Origin: the human T2T-CHM13v2.0 reference genome, Homo sapiens
NCBI RefSeq assembly: GCF_009914755.1
Contig: NC_060926.1
Length of the DNA: 64,000 bases
Strand: one strand, 5' to 3'
Shown: in pieces, positions 27,735 to 38,890 of the stretch
Numbering within the stretch: position 1 is the first letter of the stretch
How the letters are laid out: the number at the start of each line of letters is the position of its first letter
The notes under the pieces: generated by a model
The model's database searches: none
What the model saw: only the letters and a program-made list of their open reading frames with translations
What the model was told of the DNA's origin: nothing
Translations under genes and position numbers: made by a program

Positions 27735-30219
27735 ATATGTATGTTTATGTATATATTTACTGTATAAATATGAGAGAAAAGAAAGAGAGAAAGATTTAAC
27801 TTTATGATTTCAGAAGTATCATACTGAGAATATTACAAAATATGATGTTAACTTGGACACACTATAGTTAGAACCTCAGAAAATAGTACAAATGAATACT
27901 ACTAATAATTACACTTTTGTTGAATTGTTGAGCAATTATTCTGATTAGACACTATACAATTCTTTACATTCCTGATTTCATTTTCTTTCCAAGCACTCCC
28001 ATCGATGACGATCACTGTGTTGTACTGTGATTACCACCACACAGTGCACGGGTAGGCAGGATGAACCTAGAGAGGGGAAGTGGCAAGCCCTGATCGCACA
28101 GCTGGGAAGGTTAGAATCGAGGACCCACCCAGCTCTGTCTGACTCCTTGCAGCAACCCCGACTCTGCTTTGCACCAGTCCACAGGATTGACAATGTTAGA
28201 ACTTAAGAGAACATACAATTATTTACCTCCAGGTTTTGAGGCACAGGACATAAAGGAAGCCCCTGCAATTTTGTGCAATACCACAGGTACTATTTTTCTA
28301 GAGATAGAAAATGTGGCTGCCATCAGATCCTTGAAGAGATTATGTCCCTGAAAAGTTTTAACAGTATTTTATTTAGTTCATATTTCTCATTTTACACATG
28401 GACACGTGGAAGGCCAGAGAGATTAACTCACTATGTTAAGGCCTTATGAATTATTTATTCCATAAATCGACCCTGAAATCTCTCTCATGCCAACCTGGGG
28501 TGGGGATTGAGGACACAGAAATGGAGTGTGGTTCCGTCTTCATGGAGCTCAGGACTGAGTGCTGGGAGAAGTGCAGAGTGTGTCCTAAGGATATTCTCTA
28601 ATGGGCTTGGTGGTCAGTCCTGGAAGAACATCATGCAGGAGTCTTCTTAGCAGCTTCTTCTCATCTCCTAGGAGCACTTGGTAGAAACTCTGTTACAGCC
28701 CTAAACATGCCCTTTCTTTTTTTTATCAGTCTTCTCAAAAGTAAATCATGAACTCATCTTGTTTCATTTGTCTCAGAATTCTCAGTGCCTAGCACAGGGT
28801 CTGGCTTGAAAAAAAAATGCCCTGAAAGGCTAAGACTCCTTAGTTTTGCCTTGAACCATAAAGAAGTAGCTGGTGAGAGAAGGCATTCGTCAGAAGGTTG
28901 GGGGAAGTTGAACTTAGAGGGTAAGTTCATGATAGAGCTAATGCTGTCATTGGTCTTCTCCCTTCCTATTCAGGGCCAGTGGGCTATGTCCACCTCTTCA
29001 GCAAGTGAGAGCCAGCTTGAGTTTGCCTTAAGGGCCCTGTTATACTGGGCCACAGTGGGATGTATCATTCATTCTCTCACATTGTTTTCAGGCATCTTTA
29101 TTATCTATTCTAGCTTTGACTAGCCAGGGCAACTGCACAGGTTTCCAGGTGTGGAGGTTTTATCGCAGGAATAATAATTTAAAAATTGAGCCCTGGGAAA
29201 CACCATCTGGATTCACATCCAGACTCTGCCCCACCCACACTGGGTCAGCTTACTTAGGTACAGCTTACTACCTGTACCTTACTTCCCTCATCTGTAAAAG
29301 ATTCCCTGTCTCATAAAGTTGTAGCAAGTCTTAGTGAGTCAATTAATGAAAAATGAGTAGTAAGGTATTTGGCTCACAGTAAGTACTCAATAAATATTAA
29401 CTATTTTTATTGAATTTTACTGATTTTATTGAATTTTACTGATTCTAGGAGGTGCAGCTTAAACATAGTATGTCTTTAACAGTTGCTTTAATAAAGTTAA
29501 ATAATAATAATTTTAAAGACTTTGCAAGGACCCTAATAACTTGGTATAAAACTGTAAAGGTATAAAGAAAATTGCAGAATGGCATTTAGTATGTGCAGTG
29601 TAATGATGTTTCAGTGAATAAAATGAGAACTTCCTGTATACAAGGCACAGTGCTAGGTGCTGGGTATACGATAAATCAGATGTTCTTCTAGAGTTGCAGA
29701 CTCGGGGGAGACAATAAACAGATTATTATACAGCAGGGGGCTGCAGTTTGGAGCAGAGGTAAGCACAGATGGGAAACCTATTATGGAGGTTGTGGTCAGG
29801 GGGCAAGGCTAGTCACAGCCAGCGAAACAGCAAGCCCTCCCCAAACATGTGTTGTCTCAGTGGAATTTATTATCCACAAGACTAGCCTTGCAGGAAAGCT
29901 TTTAGCAAAATCTTTAACATTCCTCACCCAAATTCTCACCAATCTTATTCTGTGTTTTATAGAAAAATGTAAATGTGGGGTCCAGTCATCTCTCAGTTAA
30001 GTGTTTTTAAATTTGGGGATGTGCAGGGCTGCCAGGTGGCACTGGTGATCTGAATAAGAAACAGAGAAAGACTCAAGGGGCCACCTTCACTCTTATTTAG
30101 TCTAACTGCTCATCACTCAATCTGTTCCCTTCAATTCTGTTTCCTTTAAGGCATGAATTTGTCACCTGAAGCCAATTTGCCTAGGTTGAAAAATCACAGA
30201 TCACAGTAATAATAACAAC

Positions 30220-30425
30220 AGCCATCACCTGTTGAACATGCAGTATGTGCCAGGCACAGTTCTAATAACTTTATCAGGATTCGTGTCTAAATAATCTGAT
30301 GATTTAAGTATTGTTTTTATTCCCATTTTACAGACAAGAAAATTAAGGCATGGTGACATTGAAAACTCGCCTTAGATCACAGTAGCTGCAGAGTCTAAGC
30401 TCTTAAATCCCATTCTTACTGCTTC
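30220..30425 (-). mobile_element. MIR
   Basis: tatgtgccaggcacagttcta...tattcccattttacagacaagaaaattaaggc. Confidence 0.7.
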
Positions 30426-31084
30426 CACCTTACTACCTTTCCTTTAGGCCAGGGCTCGGTAGAAAGCAAAAGAATTCGAGCTCTCAGATACTCAAAATTC
30501 TGTGTAATGCGGACTTTGATGGAGGCTGCTTTCAGTTAAGGTTTAAAGGCTGGGAAGAAAGTGCTCTGAGGTGGAGTTTGTCTTTTGGCATTTCCGATAA
30601 TTTAAATCTGGCAGTTGATGACTTCATCAAATAAATACCCATTTCCTATTTTAGGGGGTAGAGGAGAGGGAGCAATTGTGAAGGTGCCTAGAAAAAAAGG
30701 AATGCCTAGCATATGAAAGTTCCAGTCCTCTCCTCATCCTCAATTTGTAAATTACAATTAGCCTCTCCATTTCCTTTACATTTAGAACATTGTTATGTGA
30801 TAATGGAAAACACAAGACAATATACTCAACAGAGCAACATCGTGAAGAACCCTGCCTGTGGAGTCAGATTCTGCTAACCACTTAAGACACTTGCAGCAAA
30901 TTATTTATATTTCTGTGCACTTTAGTTTTCTCACTCATAAAATGCTAATAATGGTACATTTCTCATAGGGTGGTTTTGTGTATTAAAATGAGATAATCCA
31001 TGGTCAGTGCTTAGCATGGTGCCTGGCATAGAGTTTGTTGTTCCCACTGTGCTACCCCTTCCAATTCTCTCTCTTAATGGTTAT

Positions 31085-31581
31085 CCACCATTGCCACTAT
31101 CATCACCACCACCATCACTGGCGCCATCACCATCACCTTCATCACCATCACCACCACCGTTACCACCATCACCATTAACCACCACCAGCACTGCCACCAT
31201 CACCATCACTGTCACCATTACCATCACCATCGCCATCACCACCACTGCTACCACCACTATCAACACCACCACTGCCAGTGCCATCACTACCATCACCATT
31301 ACCACCATCAGCACTGCCACTATCACTATCACCATTACCCCCCTCACCACCACCACTATCACCACAACCATTATCACCACCATTGCCACGACCACCACCA
31401 TCATCATCACCACCACCACCATCACCATCATCATCACCTCCATCACCACCACCCCCATCAGCACCACCATCACCATCAGCACTAACATTATGCCCACCAC
31501 CACCATCAATACCACCACTACCACAGCACTACCACCACCACCATCACTGCTGCCATCACCATTGTCATTTCACCATCATCA
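31085..31581. repeat. Degenerate (CAC/CAT/ACC)n trinucleotide tract, ~500 bp
   Basis: Directly visible; explains the poly-Thr, poly-Pro and Val/Met ORFs. Confidence 0.95.
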
Positions 31582-32219
31582 GTATGCTTACTTCTGACTG
31601 GGTGCCATCTGGCTTCCATTATACAAAGATTGTTATAGAGAGGCAGAAAGAATAATGGAAGGAGTCCCATGTGATGACAGGAGGCTTGGGTTTGATTGCA
31701 GGTACCGCCACCTGCAGCAGTGTCTCCTTGGACAAGGCGATACAACTTTCTGAGCTTTTTTCATTATGGAAATAGCACAAATGCTTATATAACATGCATT
31801 AGTAAAATAAGGAGGAAGCACTGGACTTCCCAAGGCCTAAGTCTCCTCCCTGCAGGAGTGGAGCTGCCTTGCTAACCTCATGTCTGCAGATATCCTGGAG
31901 GACACAGCTGAAGCCACAATAGATCCAGAAAATCCAGGGCCTCGGCATTCATGCAGGTATATCAGATGAGCATGAATGGTCCAGGTGCCTATCCTGTTTC
32001 CTGAATTTGCAAACGTAGCAGGAAAAAAACAACTTGGAACAAGTATACACATTTAATTTGGTAGCTGTTACTATTAATGGTGATTTCAGTGCTGCAGGGA
32101 TTTCAAAAGAAGTCTTCTCTATATTGATACTGACTTACAATCGTTTCTCCCACTCAAGCCTGTGCCTTGAATGAGCTAACAACTCCCTCTATCCTTCCTG
32201 TTTTCCTTTCCGGTTTCAG

Positions 32220-32438
32220 CTCCTTCAGAGATCACCTTTGCCATCGATGTTGGGAATGGTCCTGTGGAGCTTGTAGTCCAGTCTCCTTCTCTTCTGAATG
32301 ACAACCAATGGCACTATGTCCGGGCTGAGAGGAACCTCAAGGAGACCTCCCTGCAGGTGGACAACCTTCCAAGGAGCACCAGGGAGACGTCGGAGGAGGG
32401 CCATTTTCGACTGCAGCTGAACAGCCAGTTGTTTGTAG
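32220..32438 (+). CDS. CNTNAP5: CNTNAP5 coding exon (~exon 17, 219 nt), laminin G-like domain
   Basis: Long pyrimidine tract then tttcag|CT; donor G|gtaggg. Encodes (S)[72 protein letters not shown], with the LamG NDNQWH motif. Confidence 0.95.
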
Positions 32439-33186
32439 GTAGGGGACATCTTAAGGCTCCTTTTGTGCTAAACCCTGCAAGATCACTGTGTGACCATGCC
32501 CAAGAAAAAATTCTCTTTTATCTGAGATCTGGGATATGATCAAAATGTCATAAATCATTTCTAATGGTAAATTTCATTCTATACATTCTTTTATTCTGGC
32601 TTCATTGGCTACATCGAGTTAAGATAATGCTAACCTTTAGCAAATTTTGAGGTTGTCCAGATTCTGTACATTTTCTTTTTGTAATATTGTCTTCAGATGC
32701 CCAGGGACCCCTTTTGTTCTACATCATTGTAATATAAATCTACTCCAAGGGACAGGACATGTCAACTCTTTACAACTTAGTGGGTGTAGACTGTAAGTCA
32801 TGGGCTGCCCTTCCAAGTGCTGCCCCAGTCCTGATAATTACAGATATCCATGCAATGATATAGTTGAACCATTTTAAAGGGATTTTCGTCAACAGTAACA
32901 TGGTTGAGAAAGGAATGATCCCTTTCTAAATCAGGGGGCTCTTTGATAGTACCTGAAATCATAGCACTGGGGATCAACCTGCCACAGGCTGTTCATCTGA
33001 ACTGGCAACTGCTGCTGGTGGGGGCCTGGAAAGATCCAGGCATCCTTCTTTAGTCATTCCTCACTACTTTCATTCCACTCATAGTCACTGAGCATCTACA
33101 ACTGGTCAGGTATCTTGTTAGATAGTGGGTATTGAAAGATGAATTGAGCACTACCACTGCTTTTCAAGGAGTTTATAATCCTCTGG

Positions 33187-33326
33187 TGTGTGTGTGTGTG
33201 TGTGTTTCACAGAGAAGAGAGCATGGGGTTTTGGAAGTCTCTCTTCAGTGCCTGAGCCTTAACTACATTTATGTTGGCATTTTGTTTCCCTTGACATAAT
33301 TCTTACATTTTGTTAAACATAAGGGA

Positions 33327-33386
<60 letters not shown>
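33187..33386. repeat. (TG)9 at 33187-33204 and (GT)16(GA)12 at 33331-33386
   Basis: Directly visible. Confidence 0.95.
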
Positions 33387-36300
33387 CTAATACAGGGTGA
33401 GCCTTATAGCTGTAGTTAAAAAAAATTAACATAGGTTGAGGAGGGCTTGTAAAGCTTTAAAGTACAAAATCGAGCTCTTAAAGTTAAGAAATATTGTCAA
33501 TACTACCAAAACAAAGAGTGTGCTTTTATATAAAACTTGGAGTTCAGATGTTTAGAACAGTGATGTAAATAAGTGACAGAATTTGTCAGTCTACCCAGAT
33601 TTAACTTTGTTTCCTTTTTTGTTTATTTATTTTTTTTTTGCCAACTCCCACACTACATAGCTTTACTGCTAGTGATGAAATGCCACCAGCATTCAATGGA
33701 AGTTTCCTTACTTGCTTCCTTTAAATTTAGGTTTGTGCAACTTTTAGCTCTGAGGAAAGCAGTCACTAAAATCACACCAGCTAAAAGAAAGCAAGTAATA
33801 GAGTGTGAGGATATCATATTCTCTCTTCTCAACAGGAACCATATTTCTTTCTTTGTCTGTTATGTTCCCCAGATCCAGCAGAAGCTAAGATATAAATTAT
33901 CAAAACAGTTTTGTGATTGCAAGTCATTTGTTTAATTAATAACTCATATATGTGATATGATTCACTATTAAAATATTTTAAAAATTTATATTGCTGTTTT
34001 AATTCTATTTAAACATCACATTTTGATGGGTGACTTCTGAGGAAGGTTGCTAGTCATCAAAATCTAATATATTTTTTGGTGGAATCAAGTCAAGTGTTTC
34101 ACAATTTTCATAAATTATATTCCATGCCAAAGTTTAATTTATCTTCAGGCAGTATTTATGAATCTTTCTGGCTGAAAGGTATATATAAAGACGGAATAAT
34201 TTTTTACCCTTTCATGCAAAATTTATGTAGCTACAAAATTATCATACAGGCTGGATATGTGATAAAGTTTGCGCAAGTCAAAAGGGAAAGGCGGCAGCTG
34301 TGTTTCATGGCAGATTTCTATCTGCAGACGTTTCGGTTAAATTGATCACAAATGCAATGAGCTGTAAGAGCATGTCGATGGGTCTGGAGGAGATATCTTG
34401 CTGGAGCTGGAGCCAAGGTCAGCTGTGGCAAGAGCACCTGCTTCTGCTATGTTTCTCTCCAATAAGTCCCATCTCAGATGTTACTCTGCTTTATTGAATT
34501 TGTCTTAATGTACTTGAAGAAGAATAAAATGCTGTTGGAGGTCACTTTAATGGTCTTTCAGTTTGAATTTTCCTATTTAGAGTTCAGTGATATGCCCATT
34601 TAGAAATGTCAGGTAGCCAACAAAGCTGAAGTCTCAACATTTCTATCTTGCACAATTCAGTTGTTCAATAAATATATAGATAAATAAATAAGCATTTTGG
34701 TGCTTAGTTATAGTCACCAAAATGAACAATTGCATTCTGTATTATTCAGAAATTGAGAGGCCCTGGATATTTATATTTGCTAGGTAGGAAAAGATATCAT
34801 TGGCGTGTGCTTCTTTACTGGAATAGATTGAGTGTAGCATTACTTAAATATTAATTTGGATATGTCTGTCTAGATATCTTTGGCCGCTGAAGGATCTTTC
34901 AATCAAAATGGAGCATCCTTCAGCATTGTAATCACTGACACAGCTGCCGTGGTCATGAGTGTTTCCTGAGTACCAGAAATAGGCTGCGTTTTTACAATAG
35001 GATGTTCCTCTCAGCACTGCCCCTGTCATTGGAATGTGACAGGTTGAAGTGCTGATACATGAGTCAATGCATACTGGATTTCCAGAATCAATATTTTAAC
35101 TTCAGGCTGTTATATCACCATGATGGTTAGGGACATTTGCAACCATGTCATTTCACCAGTCACATTTCTTTAACAGAGCAGGAGACTCTTCACAACATGC
35201 AGCTTCTGAAATGTAAGCTGCAAGCGTGTGGCATTCTCACCTTTGGAATGCTCAATAGTACCACCCCTTCTGCTTTGTTATTCCCCCCTAATGTGTCCAT
35301 CAATGTGAGGATGAGGCAAGAAAAATCGAAGATCCAATGGAGAGATCTGAGTATGCATTCCTGGTCAGATGCCAACAAGCCATAGGCCCTGGGTAGAAAA
35401 CTAACTAGCATGAGTGTACTATTGTCTTTATCTGCAGAATGAAAATGAAGAGACTGTAACTGATCTTCTAAGGCTTGAAGATCTGCTATCTGCATGTACA
35501 AATTAGGAACGACTGTCACACCTACAGTCATGCCCATGTGTACGTAACAGTAAAGAAAATGTCTCATTCCCTCCAAACTTAACGCAAGATCTTTCAAAAT
35601 ATGCGGCAATTATAGAGTGGAAATCTTGTGAAGATGGGGCCTGTGAGTCTCATTTTATGACTCTATTTCCTTCTACTTTTTATTTTTCCCATGGGCCTAT
35701 TTTTTTTTTCTTGGCCCAACTGCTCTATTTGTGTCAAAATAAACTGAAGCTACTCCAAACTTACAATCCCCTGGGGAAAATACTACACTGACTTGATAAG
35801 TCATAACATTTGGAGAGATCCCCCAAAATTGCTGTTCTTGCTTCCAGGCTGGAAGGGAATTATTACTCCTATTTCAGGTGAAGCGTGTCAAACTCAGTGA
35901 GGTCAAGGGTGAAGCCAGGCAGGCTTGGCGTGCACATGTTTATTTTGTGCTCTGGCACTTCCTAAACTCTTGATTTGTGGCATAATGCAACACTTAGGTA
36001 ACTGGCCTCAGTCTCCTCTTGGAATAGTAACTTATATTTTATGCTTGTGAGTGCCTCATGAAGATAGCCTTCCTGAAGCACGCCTGTAGTGCTTTCCATT
36101 AGGCATGATGTCATGTGTCTCACAGTATAGGAAGAGATCTATATTCTCTTCACATTGAGAAATAATTGGAAAATTATCTGTTAGCATATTTTTACATAAA
36201 GCTGTATTTGCATGGAGGATAATAATTATCATGACATCAACGGTGAAACAAAAAGTGAAGAAATAATTGTTTTTTTAACATTATATAAATCTCTGATTAT

Positions 36301-36801
36301 GTCTACTATTCCCCCATAAAAGTGTATTTTTTTCAAAGTTAAATAATATATTAAGTATACTTCAATTTTTTTAGGAAACATTAATGTATGACTTTCAATG
36401 TCCCCTTACCAATTACATAAGGGAAATTGTTTTGGTTGGTTTAAGAAGAGGGTAAGAGACCTCTGAGCGCTAGCGGGCAGGTCCTGGGACTGCCTCAGTA
36501 GCCACATAAGAAACACTAGAAGAGCACCCAGTGGCCACTCAAAAATGCTTCTTTAGTGGGGAAAAAAAAAAAAAAGATGAAGAACACCTGGGTTTGTCCC
36601 TAGCACCAGTGATCCACAAAATCAGGTTCTTGTAGCTTGAAAATGTTTGAAAAAACATTGGTTCTGTTTTTATATTCAGGAAAAGTGAGTGATTAAATCA
36701 TCCTTTCAGCAAAATTTTGTCTCTTCTTGAAGATGTTGAGAATTGGATACATTTAACCCATCCCAACACCCATTTTAGTGTTTTCTACTCGCTATTATAT
36801 A

Positions 36802-37060
36802 TTTTTTGAAACAGAGTCTCTCTCCATCGCCCAGGCTGGAGTGCAGTGGTACGATCTCAGGATCTCAGCTCACTGAAACCCCTGCTTCCCGGGTACAAGC
36901 AATTCTCTTTCCTCAGCCTCCTGAGTAGCTGGGGTTACAGGTTCATGCTGGCACATCTGGCTAATTTTTGTATTTTTAATAGAGATAGGGTTTCACCTTG
37001 TTGCCCAGGCTGGTCTCCAATTCCTGGGCTCAAACAATCTGCCCACCTTGGCCGCCCAGA
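36802..37060 (-). mobile_element. AluJ-like, antisense, 5'-truncated
   Basis: gcccaggctggagtgcagtgg...cctgggctcaaacaatctgcccaccttggcc; contains a GATCTCAG tandem duplication. Confidence 0.9.
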
Positions 37061-37189
37061 TTGCTCCCTACTATTTCAGACACACTTTTGAAAGGTTTGT
37101 CTACAACTTCTTCTGCTTTAATTGAGCTCATATTGTGATCTTTTGGTCTCTGTTGGATTGACAATGGACAATTGAAGCAGAATGGAGGG

Positions 37190-37190
<1 letters not shown>

Positions 37191-37236
<46 letters not shown>
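37191..37236. repeat. (TG)23 microsatellite
   Basis: Directly visible. Confidence 0.97.
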
Positions 37237-37238
<2 letters not shown>

Positions 37239-38439
37239 AGGATTCATACTGTCTTTTTTAAAGGAGAATGCAGCATGGTATCATCTTCTCATGCAGCTCA
37301 GAAAGAGAGGACCCGGGCTTCAGACCTCACAAAAACTCAAAGTTAGAAGCAGTAATTTGATTCTCTTGGCACTTCCACTTGTCAACATTTATAACTCAGT
37401 AAAGAAAGAAATCATTAGAAGAGCATCATTTATGTGAAACTGGCATTCTAATTGTAAAAAGAAACTTAAGGCAGATCTTTCTGGACAATAAAACAGTTCT
37501 CCCTGGACATTCAAGGACCCAATCTGAGGGGCAATTGCAGGAAAGAAATCAGGCTGCCCTGGAGCTAATGTGACTGCCACATGCTGAGTAGCCACAAGGG
37601 AAGCCCCAGTTGGAAAAGAGCAAACCAGAGAGGTGGCTGAGGCTGTAACACTGCCTAGAGCTTAGTGAGCTGGTTTCCATTTCTCTGAGTCTGCCCAGAG
37701 GAAGCAGATGACTCAGAGGAGGTGAGAAAGCCCTTGGGCAGAGTAGGGGATGGGAAGTGTGTCGAAAACCTCCAGTAAGTCCTACTGGCCAAGTTATACT
37801 CTTCTCATTTTGTTATGAAGTTTTTTTTGAACACATGCACAAGTGGTGTCTCAGCCAAAGCTTCGTCTACCTTTTCCATGCACAGTGTGTCATCATCTCC
37901 TTTAAGGGTGGCCTTGCTTCAGTTTCAGCAGCGCTGGCATCATTAGCTTCATCAATACCCAGACCGAGTTTGATCATCCTGTCAATCCTGTTAGCACATG
38001 TCTGGGGATCTTCCACACTCAAGCCAGAAGACAGGAACACATTTTCATAAACCAGGAAGCAACTTAATGGAAGAAACTCTCCAAAAGGGGCTTGTTTTCC
38101 AAAGAAAAGTATAGTTCAGAGGAGGGAAATTATAAGCCTACCTAGGCGTGTTGTAAAGCCATTCAAAAATAGCTCAGAGAGAGGATTCTGAATGGTAATG
38201 TAGTGTCCGACTCACATTCTGCTTAAAAGGATTGTAACAAATAGAGACAAGTTAAAAAGAAAAAAAAAAAAGAGTTTCTTCTGAACCTGGAAGAAAGGGA
38301 TGTGGATTCAAAGCTGCTTCAGTAGGGAAGGTGATTTTGTAGAAGAGGAGGTAAGAAGTGCCATGCTCCAATTCGGCTTCCAGTGTTATCGTCCCTGTTT
38401 CAAGGTAAATAAGGATCTGCTCTCAGGCTCATCTTCCGT

Positions 38440-38890
38440 GTGTAGAGGGGCTTAGGGATCTGTGGTAGGACCTTGTAATCTGCTGTCCAGGTCTCCCTTC
38501 AAAGAAGGACTTGCTCTGTGGCTGGGAGTGCTGTTGGTGGACAGTCTTCATCTGTCTGCACCTTCAGAAGCTGCCTCAGCTGCAGAGAAAGCCTTGACCA
38601 AGGTCATGTCCTTTCCAGGGGGATTCACATCCAGTGACTGAGCCAGAGTGCAAAGGCACAACTGTTGGGCCCAAGAAGGAACATCTCTGGTTATTCGTTC
38701 TGGCTTCAGCACTCCCGGTGGGACTGTGCTGGGCTGATGTTGGGCCTTTACCATAGTTCACTTTTCTGCCCATTCATACTTTCTTTTTCTTCTGTCCAAC
38801 CATAAGTATGGTTTCCAAGGTTTCCCCTAAAAATATCCTGTACCCTTAACTCCATCACAGAACTTGCTTTCTGGTGAACCCAACCTGAGA
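38440..38890 (+). mobile_element. ERVL LTR16-family solo LTR
   Basis: 3' end aactccatcacagaacttgctttctggtgaacccaacctgaga resembles the LTR16 terminus. 5' boundary approximate. Confidence 0.65.

Noticed and set aside
31007-31655. Overlapping 125-196 aa ORFs (mucin-like Thr, Pro-rich, Val/Met-rich)
   Set aside because: By-products of the CAC/CAT trinucleotide tract; no evidence of an independent gene.
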